Source: Myxococcota bacterium
Lineage (GTDB): Bacteria > Myxococcota_A > UBA9160 > SZUA-336
Direction of reading: 5' to 3'
Assembly: GCA_965247115.1 (NCBI GenBank)
Contig: CBDFGR010000003.1
Span: forward strand, 128,001-192,000
Length of the DNA stretch: 64,000 bases
This document shows, piece by piece, positions 19,912-30,815 of this stretch (positions are counted from its first letter, which is position 1; every line of letters starts with the position of its first letter). The position numbers were made by a program, and so were the translations under genes. The notes below the pieces were generated by a model. It saw only the letters and a program-made list of their open reading frames with translations. It was not told the DNA's origin and did not search any database.

Positions 19912-20926
19912 AGTGCAGCCTCATCGCCGCGTGTGAACGCGACGAAGCTTGCCAGCAGCCGCTCTGCCTTGCCGGAGTCGATCGTCTCCGCCGCAAGCTG
20001 GACACCGTCCTCGAGGCTGGCGGTGCGCTCGGCCGCGCAGAGCCCGGCTGCCGCGTTCAAGAGCACGACGTCGCGCCGCGGGCCGCGTTCCCCGGAGAGG
20101 ATGGCGCGCGCGATCTCGGCGTTCTCGTCGGCGTCTCCTCCGACCAGCTGCTCGGGATCCGCCGCCGGCACGATCTCGTCGGGTTGCAGCCTGCGCTCCT
20201 GGGTCTGACCCGCTTCGTAGCTGAGCACTCGAGTCGGCGCGGAGATCGAAATCTCGTCCAGCCCGTCTTCGCCATGAACGACCCAGGCACGGCTAGTACC
20301 GAGCTCGATCAGCGCTTGCAGCATCGCATCCATGTGATCCTGCACCGCGACACCGACGACCTGTCTGCGTACGCCCATCGGGTTCGTGAGCGGTCCCAGG
20401 CGGTTGAAGAGGGTCCGAATGCCGAGGGCCGAGCGGATCGGCGCAACCCGGGCCATGGCCGGATGGCAGGCGGGCGCAAACAGAAAGCCGATCCCGACGT
20501 CCTGCACGGACTGAGCCATCAGGTCGGGTGGCGCGTCCAGGTCCACGCCGAGCGCCGCCAGTACCTCGGCGCTCCCGCAGCGACTGCTCGCCGCGCGGTT
20601 GCCATGTTTCGCCACCGGCACGCCGGCGCCCGCCACCACCAGGGCAGAGACCGTCGAGATGTTGAAGGTGTTCGAGCCGTCTCCTCCGGTGCCGCACGTA
20701 TCGATCGCGCCCTCGGGTGCCTCGGGCAGCTCCACTGCGAGCTCGCGCATCGCCTGCGCAGCGCCGATCAGCTCTTCCACGCTCTCGCCGCGCGTGCGCA
20801 TGGCCGCGAGCAGACCCGCGATCTCCAGCTCGTTGCCATCGCCCTGCATGATGGCGCGTACGAGCTCGTTCGCCTCACCGCGCTTCAAGACCTCGCCATC
20901 GACCACTCGCTCGAGAACGTCTGGGA

Positions 20927-20930
<4 letters not shown>
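19908..20930 (-). CDS. trpD: Anthranilate phosphoribosyltransferase
   Basis: [23 protein letters not shown]. Confidence 0.96.
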
Positions 20931-21513
<583 letters not shown>

Positions 21514-21517
<4 letters not shown>

Positions 21518-23016
21518 GCTCGTTCGCCTCGACCTGCAAGCTCCACCGCCTGGAGCGGGCCCCTGGCCTTGTGCAGGGACTCCTGATACTCGAGCTCCGG
21601 ATCCGAGTCCGCAACGACGCCGCCCCCCGCCTGGATGTAGACCTGACCGTCCTTGATCAGCAGCGTCCGGATCGCGATACACATATCCATGTTACCGCGG
21701 TAGTCGATGTAGCCCACGCTTCCACCATACAAACCGCGCCGCTCGGGCTCTAGCTCCTCGATGATTTCCATGGCGCGGATCTTCGGCGCTCCCGTAAGCG
21801 TACCGGCCGGGAATGTGGCTCGGAGCAGGTCGATCGCGTCGCACTCCGGCCGCAGCTTGCCCCGCACGTTCGAGACGATGTGCATGACGTGCGAGTAGCG
21901 TTCGATCACCTGGAACTCGTCCACCTCCACCGAGCCGATCTCCGATACGCGCCCGATATCGTTGCGGCCGAGATCGACGAGCATCAGGTGCTCGGCGAGC
22001 TCTTTCGGGTCTGAGAGCAGCTCGGCCTCGAGGCTGCGATCCTGCTCTGGCGTCGCGCCACGTGGCCGCGTTCCGGCAATCGGCCGCAGCTCGATGTTGT
22101 CCCCTTCCAGACGCACGAGAATCTCCGGCGACGATCCGGTCACGACGTGATCGCCGCAGCGCAGAAAGAAGAGGTAAGGCGACGGGTTGACCACCCGAAG
22201 CTGGCGATAGATGGAGACTGGATCGGTCTCCAGGGGAACCCTGAGTCGCTGCGACGGCACTACCTGGAAGATGTCGCCCGCCTGGATGTACTCCTTCGCC
22301 CTCTTCACCACCTCGCAGTAGCGCTCCCGGGTGGTGTTCGAGCGGACCTGCGTGTCGCCCTCAGGGGGAGCCTCGGTGGTGACGTCCGCGGGACGAAGCG
22401 GCTGAGCGAGGCGCTCCAGCACGCGCTCGATCTCGGCCAGGCCTTCTGCGTACGCGGCATCGGTCTGCCTCGGGTCCGCGACGCGGACGGGGTGAATGAT
22501 CATGAGTCGCTGGAGCTTGCGATCGTGCACGAGCACGGTCCGCGGCACCGTGAAGAAGCAGTCCGGGACGCCAAGCGTGTCGGGATTCTCCTCCGGCAAG
22601 CGCTCCACGTAGCGCACCCAGTCGTAGCTCAGATAGCCGACGGCACCGCCAGCAAAGCGTGGCAGCCCCGGCAGCTCCACCGGCCGCAGCTCCGCGATGA
22701 GCGTGCGCAGCCGGCTGAGCGGATCCACCGAGTGGTCCCGAGGGAGCTCGACGGTCTCCGTCTCGCCATCACGCGTGACCTCGACGCGTCCCTTCCGCGC
22801 GATCAGCGTCGCGCAGGCGCCGAAACCGATGAAGCTGAAGCGCCCCCAGTGCTCCTCGCCCTCGGCGGACTCGAACAGAAACGTCGTCTCGCCATCGTCG
22901 ACTTTCAAAAAGGTCGCGAGCGGCGTGTCGAGGTCGGCTAGAACCTCGCGTACGAGGGGGACGACGGCCCCTCGGGCAGCGAGCGCCCGAAAGGAAGCAA
23001 GATCGGGCCGAACCAT
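21514..23016 (-). CDS. trpE: Anthranilate synthase component I
   Basis: [48 protein letters not shown] at 23016. Confidence 0.95.
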
Positions 23017-23067
23017 GGAACTGACCTCATGGCCGCGGAATTTCCCACACTGCCCACCGAACGTCAA

Positions 23068-25620
23068 CTAGGGCGAGCGGTCGTCGCGGTCCCTCTCCAG
23101 ATCGTAACCCAAGACCCTGGCCCGCCGACCGAGACCGAGGAGATTCAGAACCAGCACAAAGCGCGTCTCCCGCGGACGGGTTTTGTGCTCAATGGCAGCA
23201 ATCAGGTCCCAGCAGCCGCAACCCGAGGTCAGGACGAGGCCCGTGGCCCCCGAGCCGTTGGACGCCGACTGCAGGGTCACATAGCCCTGTGCAAACAGCC
23301 GCACCCGCTTCGAGATGGCCAGCTCGCCGTTGATGTTGAGTTGCTTGACCGTGTCGCCGCTCTCGAACCGCCCGTAGACGTCGTCGTTGAACTGGAAGTT
23401 CTCAAAGCCCACCGAGGCGTCGCGCAGGTAGCGGTAGCGCAGGGCAAGGAAGTTGTCGCCCTGCCCCCGCCAGCTCAGGCCGATCTCCGCATCGCCGAGC
23501 TCCTTCTCCGCGAGCTCGTAACCTACGTCCCAATCGAGCCTCAGTCTCGGACTGACGACCCAATGACCCTCCACGAACAGGCGCGTCCACTCGTCTTGCA
23601 GGAAGTCGTAGCCTGAGCCGACGTTCAGCTTCACGATCTCCGACCCTCGTCTGCCGCTGGCCGCGTCCGTGCGGTAGAAGTAGTTCACGAGCTGAACCAG
23701 GAGGAAGCGCTCGTCCGCGACCCGATCACTCGGGTTGCGGGTCAGCACGCGCAGGTCTCCGTCGATCAGGCGCCGGAGACGAACGCTAGAGGCGGGAATG
23801 AACAGCGGATGTTTTTTCTGATCGGGCGTCGACAGAAAAGCGAAGCCCAGCCGCGGCTCCACGACGTGCCGCACCCCCCCGCCGAGTTGAAGGTCCTTTG
23901 AGAAACGGCTGCGGGCCTCGAAGCGACCCGTCCAAAGGCCGCGGCGCTCGGAGGAGGCGCGCTCGGGGAAGTAGAGTGTCTCGCGGTAGCCGATCTCGCT
24001 CAACGTCTCGACGATGCCGACGCGCATGGGCAGATAGGTATGCGGGTATACGTCGAGGCGATGGCCCCAGTCCGCGAGTACCTCGCCTTCCTGAAAGAGT
24101 CCGTCTCCCTGCGAGAACTGATCCGCGGTCCTTCCGGGAAAGAGGAAATCGTCGTTGCTGTTGTCGCCGCCCGTGAAAGCGCCCAGCGAGTCGGGCTCGT
24201 GCGGATTGAAGAGCGCGTCCTGGCCCGTGTCGAAGAACTGCCCGTTCACCGGCGTGAAGCCGTCGATCTGCCTGCTCCGGTCAAAGCGGTAGAAGTAGTC
24301 GTAGCGGCTCTCGACGCCGAAGCGCAGCGGCGTCCCCCCGAGCTTGCCAGGCAGCGTGGCGATCCGCACCTCGGGTAGCGGCTGTAGTAGGTAGTCATCC
24401 CGGTCGAGGTCGTTCGGGCTCTGCAAGTCGTCTGCGAGCGAGAGCTCGACGCCGGCATAGAGCGCATCACGCGCGTAGCTGTACCAGGCGGAAGACCACA
24501 GGAAGCGGGCGTGGCGCAGTGTGTCGTCCCCGCGTCGCTGCGAGAGCGAGATGGAGCTCCCATTCCGACCTGACGCGTGGGGGTCGTCATCGAGGTAGCC
24601 ACCAGCCTCCTGCTCCAGGAGGCCCAGCGTGAGGTCGCGGAAGTCGATGATGTAGTCGTTGTCGCTCACTCGCTTGATCGACGCGCCGAGCCGGATTCCC
24701 GGCGCCAGGGGCTGCTCGTGCCTCAGCCAGAGCGCCCAGCGATCGTCGCCGTAGCGCGTCTCCGGGTCGTCGCGATCGACGACGTTGTCGCTGGGCAGCA
24801 CAGCCGCACCTCCTTCGCTCCAGCCGGACTCGCCGAACAGGTACTCAAAGGACGCGCTGTACTTCATGCCCCTGCGCCCGATCAGCCTCGGACGGGCCAG
24901 CACATTGAGATTCTCGGCAGCCGCCCAGAAGAAAGGCACCTCGACCTCGACACCGTCGCGGGTGGAGGTGCTGTAGGTGGGCAGCAGGAAGCCGGTCTGT
25001 CGCTCCGTCTTGGCGGGAAAGATGGCCCACGGCATGTACACGATGGGCAGTCCCAACGTCTTGAACCACAGGTTCCTGGCAACGCCGTACCCACCGATCT
25101 CGACGTTCGCCTCGCTCACGTCGACCTCCCAGGGGGGCGTCGACTCTCCGCTGGCCTTTGGCGGGCAGCGGCAGGCGGTGAGCGTGCCATGCTCGATGCG
25201 GTAGCGGTTGAGGCCTGTTCGCTGGATCGACCGTCCGCCGGCGATCAGGCCAGGCTTGCTGCTGTCCAGGGTCGCCTCTCCCGCCAGGGACACGCCCGTG
25301 TTCATGTTCAGGGCCAGGTACTCCGCCTCGACGACCTGGTCTCCATCCTCCATGCGCACGTTCCCGGTGGCGACGCCGACTCCGGTCGGAACGCTGAAGG
25401 TCACCCAATCGGCGATCAGGACCTGCCCATCTTCCTGGACGATGCGGACGTTACCGGTCGCCTCGTACAGGTCCCGAGCGTCGTCGAACTCCAGCTCGTC
25501 GGCGGTGAGCTCGTAGCTCGGGCGCTGGCCACCCTCGGCGATCTGGCCGAGGGCTGCGCCTGGCAGCAGCAGGCCACAGAAGACGAGGGCAGCAGCAGCG
25601 GGGCGGAGGGGGCGCACCAC
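23068..25620 (-). CDS. lptD: LPS-assembly outer membrane protein LptD
   Basis: Signal peptide, OstA-like N-domain (ELTADEL...EATGNV), TACRC, RQTGFLLP, SDNDY, beta-barrel ending ..CGCW..VLNLLGLG. Confidence 0.88.
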   Translation of the reverse strand: MVRPLRPAAAALVFCGLLLPGAALGQIAEGGQRPSYELTADELEFDDARDLYEATGNVRIVQEDGQVLIADWVTFSVPTGVGVATGNVRMEDGDQVVEAEYLALNMNTGVSLAGEATLDSSKPGLIAGGRSIQRTGLNRYRIEHGTLTACRCPPKASGESTPPWEVDVSEANVEIGGYGVARNLWFKTLGLPIVYMPWAIFPAKTERQTGFLLPTYSTSTRDGVEVEVPFFWAAAENLNVLARPRLIGRRGMKYSASFEYLFGESGWSEGGAAVLPSDNVVDRDDPETRYGDDRWALWLRHEQPLAPGIRLGASIKRVSDNDYIIDFRDLTLGLLEQEAGGYLDDDPHASGRNGSSISLSQRRGDDTLRHARFLWSSAWYSYARDALYAGVELSLADDLQSPNDLDRDDYLLQPLPEVRIATLPGKLGGTPLRFGVESRYDYFYRFDRSRQIDGFTPVNGQFFDTGQDALFNPHEPDSLGAFTGGDNSNDDFLFPGRTADQFSQGDGLFQEGEVLADWGHRLDVYPHTYLPMRVGIVETLSEIGYRETLYFPERASSERRGLWTGRFEARSRFSKDLQLGGGVRHVVEPRLGFAFLSTPDQKKHPLFIPASSVRLRRLIDGDLRVLTRNPSDRVADERFLLVQLVNYFYRTDAASGRRGSEIVKLNVGSGYDFLQDEWTRLFVEGHWVVSPRLRLDWDVGYELAEKELGDAEIGLSWRGQGDNFLALRYRYLRDASVGFENFQFNDDVYGRFESGDTVKQLNINGELAISKRVRLFAQGYVTLQSASNGSGATGLVLTSGCGCWDLIAAIEHKTRPRETRFVLVLNLLGLGRRARVLGYDLERDRDDRSP

Positions 25621-25650
25621 CCACCTTCTTAACCCGGCGTCGGCTCCGGT

Positions 25651-26265
25651 TCAAGCGGAGAGCTTTTCGAGCTCCTCTACCTCGAGGACGGCCAGCTGGT
25701 CGTCGACAAGCCGGATCACGCGGTCGTCGAGCAAGGCCTGCAGACAGACATAGGCGTCGTGCATCGAGACCCCGGCCTGCTCCGCCAGGTCGGCGAGCTT
25801 GCCCTTTACGGCGCTCGGGGTCTCGCCGGAGACGCGAGCCACCAGGATGGCCCGCACGAACAGCTTGCCGGCGTCCCTGGCCCCAGTCTTCGCGCTACGG
25901 CGCTTACTGCGCCGCGGGGCGGGAATGGCGGCGACCTGCGTCTGCCCGAGCTGCTGCGCGAGGTGCCGGAGCAAGCGGAACGAGAACTCCTGGCTGTCGC
26001 GGCAGAGCTCGTTCAAGAGCGGCAGGGTGATGCCCAGGACGGAGACGTCACCCTCGGCCTCGGCCCGGAAGGGATACGGCTTGCCCAGAATGACGGCCGC
26101 CTCGCCAAAGATCTCCCCGTGCGAGACCAGGCGGGGCGCATCGTCCTCGGTGGGGTAGACCCGAACGATACCGGTGCGTACGACGAAGAGGGTATCACCG
26201 GGATCACCCGGCTCTACGATGCACTCGCCACTGGCAAACCAGCGCTCAATTTCCCGTTGATCCAT
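25651..26265 (-). CDS. Cyclic-nucleotide-binding (Crp/Fnr-like) protein with C-terminal HTH
   Basis: GDPGDTLFVVRTG, GEIFGEAA cNMP fold, C-terminal LADLAEQAG helix-turn-helix. Confidence 0.8.
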   Translation of the reverse strand: MDQREIERWFASGECIVEPGDPGDTLFVVRTGIVRVYPTEDDAPRLVSHGEIFGEAAVILGKPYPFRAEAEGDVSVLGITLPLLNELCRDSQEFSFRLLRHLAQQLGQTQVAAIPAPRRSKRRSAKTGARDAGKLFVRAILVARVSGETPSAVKGKLADLAEQAGVSMHDAYVCLQALLDDRVIRLVDDQLAVLEVEELEKLSA

Positions 26266-26289
26266 GCGTGGCGCACTATCCCCGTGCCC

Positions 26290-26317
26290 CAATCGACGCA
26301 AGACCAGGACTGCTTGA
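26290..26317 (-). promoter_or_regulatory. Sigma28-like promoter TCAAG-N15-GTCGATTG
   Basis: Matches FliA/SigD-type consensus; same spacing as five other sites in the window. Confidence 0.55.
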
Positions 26318-26321
26318 GTGA

Positions 26322-26704
26322 GTCTTGTGGGACCCGGCCCGCGGGCGGCCGCGGTCCACCCACCTCCGCTCAGGCCTTCGGCCTTCGCTGCGCGCGCCGC
26401 GTTCCGCGGCGCTTGCAGGGAGGTCCCAAAGAAATCGAACTTGGGGACGGTCCTAAATCCGAACTTATTCCGCGTGAGACGACCGCAGCGACGTCCATAT
26501 GAACGAATGTGCCCGAGAGTCCTACTTCAGTGACCAGAAGTTCCGACTTCGGCCAAACAAGTTCGGATTAAGGACCGTCCCCAAGTTCGGATTCCTACGG
26601 GGCTTGGCACCCATGCAAGTGCCGCAGAAGCGGCGCGCGCAGCGAAGGGCGAAGCCCTGAGCGGAGGTGGGTGGCCCGCGGCCGCCCGCGGGCCGGGTCC
26701 CACA
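26322..26704. repeat. Composite nested inverted repeat: two opposed ~92-bp repeat copies enclosing a 31-bp inner inverted repeat
   Basis: Outer arms 26322-26417 (+) and 26614-26704 (-); inner arms 26436-26466 and 26559-26589 (one mismatch). Confidence 0.9.
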
Positions 26705-26707
26705 GCT

Positions 26708-27190
26708 CTAGCCGTGGCGGGCTAGGAGCTCGTTGAGCTCTTGGCGGTCGTGGAAGCCTGGGGGGAGGCGTTCGACGATGCGGCCGTCGGGCGAGATGAG
26801 GATGTGGTAGGGGAACTGATCGGCGCCGTAGGCCAGGGCCAGCTCGAGATCTCCGATGGCCACGGGGTAGAGCACACCTTTCTGGGTGACCCAGTCTTCC
26901 ACGAACTTGCGCGGCTCGGTGTCGATGGAGATGGCGAGGACCTCCACTCCGTTCTCCCGGTGAGCGGCGTAGAAGGCGTTCAGCTCCGGCACCTCGCGCA
27001 CACAGGGGGCACACCAGGTGGCCCAGAAGTCGATTAGCACGGTCTTGCCCTGCAGCTCTCGCAACGACACCCGGCCGCCGAAGAGCTGCTCGAGCTCGAA
27101 GGCAGGAGCGGGCTCGCTCTTCCCGGGAGGCTCCGCGCTGCAGCCCAGACAGACTGCCAGGACGCCTGAGAGGACCCACCCGCTTCTCAT
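26708..27190 (-). CDS. TlpA/ResA family thiol-disulfide oxidoreductase (lipoprotein)
   Basis: CLGC lipobox-like segment, DFWATWCAPCVRE. Confidence 0.92.
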   Translation of the reverse strand: MRSGWVLSGVLAVCLGCSAEPPGKSEPAPAFELEQLFGGRVSLRELQGKTVLIDFWATWCAPCVREVPELNAFYAAHRENGVEVLAISIDTEPRKFVEDWVTQKGVLYPVAIGDLELALAYGADQFPYHILISPDGRIVERLPPGFHDRQELNELLARHG

Positions 27191-27268
27191 GACAGCTCTT
27201 TCATCGGAGCCCTGTGCCCCTCGCGCCGTCAGGATAGCCACCCGGTGGAACGGCCGTCCAACTCGATC

Positions 27269-27718
27269 CTAGGAGTCCTCACCTGTGTCCAGAATCAGCG
27301 TGACGGGGCCATCGTTCGTGAGCTCGAGCTCCATCCGAGCCCGAAAGCGTCCGGTCGTAACCGTGACGCCCCGGTTCTCCAGGTCCGCGACCAGGATCTC
27401 GATCAGGCGCTCCGCCTCGTCGGGTGGGGCAGCCGCGTTGTAGCTCGGTCGTCGGCCCTTGCGCGGGTTTCCGAGGAGCGTGAACTGCGACACGATCCCC
27501 AGGGAGCCGCCGGCGTCGAGGACCGAACGGTTCATCTTCCCGGTCGCGTCGGGAAACACGCGCAGGTGGACGAGCTTGTCGGCGAGCCAGCGCGCATGCT
27601 CAGGCTTGTCGCCGACGGCCACGCCAACAAGCACCAGCAACCCGATCCCCATCGCGCCCACCCTCTCTTCGCCAACACGGATCTCCGCCCGACTGACGCG
27701 CTGGGCCACGGCCCTCAC
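27269..27718 (-). CDS. dtd: D-aminoacyl-tRNA deacylase
   Basis: AQRVSRA, LRVF, SQFTL, GRRPS, NDGPVT; GTG at 27718. Confidence 0.95.
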   Translation of the reverse strand: MRAVAQRVSRAEIRVGEERVGAMGIGLLVLVGVAVGDKPEHARWLADKLVHLRVFPDATGKMNRSVLDAGGSLGIVSQFTLLGNPRKGRRPSYNAAAPPDEAERLIEILVADLENRGVTVTTGRFRARMELELTNDGPVTLILDTGEDS

Positions 27719-28230
27719 GGCGACTCCTGCCGCGCATACTTTCCGCTGTACACCGCCTCGCCCTCGGTACGCTGGAGAACGATCTGGCAGATGCGCGTGC
27801 CGGGTTGCAGCTGGAGCGGTATTCCCGCGAGGTTGCTCATCTCGAGCACCTGGCGATTCGAGACGCCGGGCTGGATGAAGCCGGAGCTTGCGTGCACGGT
27901 GAGACCGAAGCGCGCGATGCGACTGCGGCCCTCGATCCACCCACAGATGTCTGGCGGGAAGACCAGGCACTCGCGAGTCACTCCGTGGACCGTGCGCCCG
28001 GGCTCGAGCACGTACGGCGACGTGAACGGAACCACCTCGGTCTGCATCAGCGGCTCCTCCTCGTCGCTCACCGGAACCGGGCCGTTCTGGTGCAGGGACA
28101 GAATGCGCAGCTCGCTTCCCAGATGAAGGTCGATCGAGGCCGCACCGATCTGGCACTCCTCGAGCGGCTCCACCCGGAGCCTGCCGAGCTCGATCTCGCG
28201 CAAGATCACGTCCCGGGTCAGAACACTCAT
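27715..28230 (-). CDS. dcd: dCTP deaminase
   Basis: ASIDLHLG, EGRSRIARFGL, LEMSN, RICQ, YSGKY. Confidence 0.88.
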   Translation of the reverse strand: MSVLTRDVILREIELGRLRVEPLEECQIGAASIDLHLGSELRILSLHQNGPVPVSDEEEPLMQTEVVPFTSPYVLEPGRTVHGVTRECLVFPPDICGWIEGRSRIARFGLTVHASSGFIQPGVSNRQVLEMSNLAGIPLQLQPGTRICQIVLQRTEGEAVYSGKYARQESP

Positions 28231-28313
28231 GAACTCTCCTCAACCGCCGCCTCCCGAACGTCGCGTTCGGCGGCCGCTTGTCAAGGCACCGACGGCGCGC
28301 CTACGGTGTGCCG

Positions 28314-29102
28314 ATGCATCCTTTCCTGGCGCTCGACCCACCACACCTGTTTGGCCATCGGGGAGCGAGCGGTGAGGCGCCAGAGAACACCATGGTCTCG
28401 TTCGAGCAAGCATGGGCGGCGGGCGTGTCCTACCTGGAGACGGACTGTCACGCAACGCGCGACGGTGTGATCGTATTGCAGCACGACCCGACCCTCGATC
28501 GCACGACGGATGGCGAGGGGCCGGTCAGCGCGCACTCGTACACCGAGCTTCAGCAGCTCGATGCCGGCTATCGCTTCACGCCAGATGGCGGGGTCACCTT
28601 CCCGTTTCGAGGTACGGGGATCCGCGTGCCGCGCCTCTCGGAGCTGATCTCGGCCTTTCCAACAGCCCGGATCAACCTGGAGATCAAGGCGGCGGAGCAA
28701 GCAACGGTCGACGAAGTCATACGCCTGATTCGAAGTGCGAATGCCGAGCACCGCTTCCTGTTGGCGGCGGAGAGCGACGCGATCATGACCAGGATTCGCA
28801 GCGCTTGCCCGGGAACCGCCCTGGGGACGTCCCGTGGCGGAGTCATCGAGTTCTTCACTGCTCTGCAAGAGGGACGTATCGCAGACTTCGCAGCGCCCGG
28901 CGACGCACTTCAGATTCCACCGGCCGCTTTCGGACAGGAGCTAGTGACTCCCGCCTCGATCGAGGCCGCGCACTCGCTGAACATGCAGGTGCACGTGTGG
29001 ACGATCAACGACCCGAGCGAGATGCGGCGTCTGCTTTCACTCGGTGTCGACGGACTGATGTCCGACTACCCCGGCACGCTCGTACGAGAGGCTAGGAGCT
29101 GA
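28314..29102 (+). CDS. Glycerophosphodiester phosphodiesterase
   Basis: [43 protein letters not shown]. Confidence 0.93.
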   Translation: MHPFLALDPPHLFGHRGASGEAPENTMVSFEQAWAAGVSYLETDCHATRDGVIVLQHDPTLDRTTDGEGPVSAHSYTELQQLDAGYRFTPDGGVTFPFRGTGIRVPRLSELISAFPTARINLEIKAAEQATVDEVIRLIRSANAEHRFLLAAESDAIMTRIRSACPGTALGTSRGGVIEFFTALQEGRIADFAAPGDALQIPPAAFGQELVTPASIEAAHSLNMQVHVWTINDPSEMRRLLSLGVDGLMSDYPGTLVREARS

Positions 29103-30156
29103 GCTGCGCGAGCGCCCAGCTCGCGGCATCTGCGAGCACCGGGTCCGGGTCGTCGAGATAACGCTCGACGCTGGGCAGCAGTGCACGGTCACCCAGGTTC
29201 CCTGCGGCTATCAGAGCGTTGCGGCGCAGGCCGTGCAGCTTCGTCCGCTTCATCGATGAGTGACGCAGACGCAGCTTTAGCGCGGCATCGTCCAGACTCA
29301 AGACATCAGCCAGCGATGGCGCGTGCCAGCTGTCACGCGGCTGGAACGCCTCCTCGTCTGCCAACGGCCGACCCGTTCGCTGGTTCCACGGACAGACCTC
29401 CTGGCAAAGATCGCACCCGAACAGATGGTCGCCCAGGCCTGGGCGCAGCCCGGCGGGCACGGACCCGCGCAGCTCGATGGTCAGATAGGAGATGCAAAGC
29501 CGCGCATCCAGCACGCCTGGCTCGGGAAACGCGTCGGTCGGACAGACATCCAGACAGGCCCGGCAGGTGCCACAGTGGTCCACTGCAGGTGGATCCGGAG
29601 CGATCACGAGGTCAGTGAGGACGACTCCAAGGAACAGGTACGACCCCCATTCCGGGTCGATCACGCAGGAGTTCTTCCCGATCCAGCCGACGCCGGCGCG
29701 CTGCGCGAGCAAGCGTTCCGGCACGGGACCTGTGTCGACGTAGGGACGGAATGCGGCCTGTGGGAATTGTCTCTGCAGCGCCGCGATCAGCGCCTCGAGG
29801 CGCGCCGACACCACCCGGTGGTAATCGTCCCCCCAGGCATAGCGGGACACCCATCCCGTATGCTCGGGACGCGCCGCGGTCGAGTCCGGCTCCCCCGTAT
29901 CGTAGGGGACACCGACAACGATGACCGAGCGTGCCCCGGCCAGAACCCGGGTGAGATCCGCGCGCTCTTCGAGACGCCGCCCGATGTAGTCCATCTCTCC
30001 GGCGTAGCCGCGCGCCACCCACTCGCGCACGCGCTGCATCTCCGGATAGGCCTCGACAGGGGTCACGCCGACCCGCGCGATCCCGAGTTCCCGCGCCAGA
30101 ACGTCGAGCCTCTCGCGCAGCGATCTGGCCGACTCATCGCTGACCGGTTCAAGCAT
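29092..30156 (-). CDS. queG: Epoxyqueuosine reductase
   Basis: [54 protein letters not shown]. Confidence 0.95.
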   Translation of the reverse strand: MLEPVSDESARSLRERLDVLARELGIARVGVTPVEAYPEMQRVREWVARGYAGEMDYIGRRLEERADLTRVLAGARSVIVVGVPYDTGEPDSTAARPEHTGWVSRYAWGDDYHRVVSARLEALIAALQRQFPQAAFRPYVDTGPVPERLLAQRAGVGWIGKNSCVIDPEWGSYLFLGVVLTDLVIAPDPPAVDHCGTCRACLDVCPTDAFPEPGVLDARLCISYLTIELRGSVPAGLRPGLGDHLFGCDLCQEVCPWNQRTGRPLADEEAFQPRDSWHAPSLADVLSLDDAALKLRLRHSSMKRTKLHGLRRNALIAAGNLGDRALLPSVERYLDDPDPVLADAASWALAQLSS

Positions 30157-30242
30157 TGCTAGGCTTGCGCCGTGCCGGGACCCACGTGGCCAATCAGCCT
30201 AGCCCTTCCCGAGAGCTCCATCGACCACTCCGGGTTGAGCGG

Positions 30243-30331
30243 GCAAGCGCTGCGGGCCGGGCCACGCAACTGCGAGCCGCAGGCGAGCGAAGGCGAGTGA
30301 CCCGCGGCCGCCCGCGGGTCGGGACCCGCAA
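30243..30331 (-). repeat. Diverged copy of the ~95-bp structured repeat
   Basis: Reverse complement reads TTGCGGGTCCCGACCCGCGG-GCGG-CCGCGGGTC...CTTCGCTCGCCTGCGGC...GCGCTTGC. Confidence 0.75.
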
Positions 30332-30356
30332 TGCCCGCCCCGGTCCCAAGACAGGG

Positions 30357-30782
30357 ATGTTCACTGACGGCTCGTGCGAGGGGAATCCCGGTCCGGGGGG
30401 CTGGGCCTTCGTGTTCGTCGAGGACGATCGGATCGTGGCAGAGAAGCACGGCCGCGAGCCCGACACGACGAACAATCGGATGGAGCTACGCGCCCTGATC
30501 GAAGCCTACCGCTACTTGCCCGAGGACGAGCGCACCACCGTCTATTCGGACAGTGAGCTGTGCGTCAAGACGATGAACGAATGGGCTCTGCAATGGGAAC
30601 AGCGCGGTTGGCGCAGGAAGGGCGGCGCCATCAAGAACCTCGAGCTCGTCCAGGAGCTCTACGCGCTCGTCAACTCCCATACAGGAGTCGAGCTGCGCTG
30701 GATCCGTGCACACTCGGGCTCGCGCTGGAACGAGTACGTCGACTCGCTTGCCTCGGGCTACCTGCGCGACCGTCGATCCTAG
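30357..30782 (+). CDS. rnhA: Ribonuclease HI (start uncertain)
   Basis: FTDGSCEGNPGPGGW, TTNNRMEL, YSDS, WIRAHSG, NEYVD. Confidence 0.92.
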   Translation: MFTDGSCEGNPGPGGWAFVFVEDDRIVAEKHGREPDTTNNRMELRALIEAYRYLPEDERTTVYSDSELCVKTMNEWALQWEQRGWRRKGGAIKNLELVQELYALVNSHTGVELRWIRAHSGSRWNEYVDSLASGYLRDRRS

Positions 30783-30815
30783 TCCGGTATCACGCTGCGA
30801 ACGCTCTCGACCACG

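Noticed and set aside
26436..26589. CRISPR-like 31-bp repeats with a spacer
   Set aside because: Only two units, inverted rather than direct, a 92-bp spacer, and no cas genes in the window.
27719..28243. Apparent long N-terminal extension of dtd
   Set aside because: Alternate frame overlapping dcd; dtd starts at GTG 27718 with a GTGA overlap.
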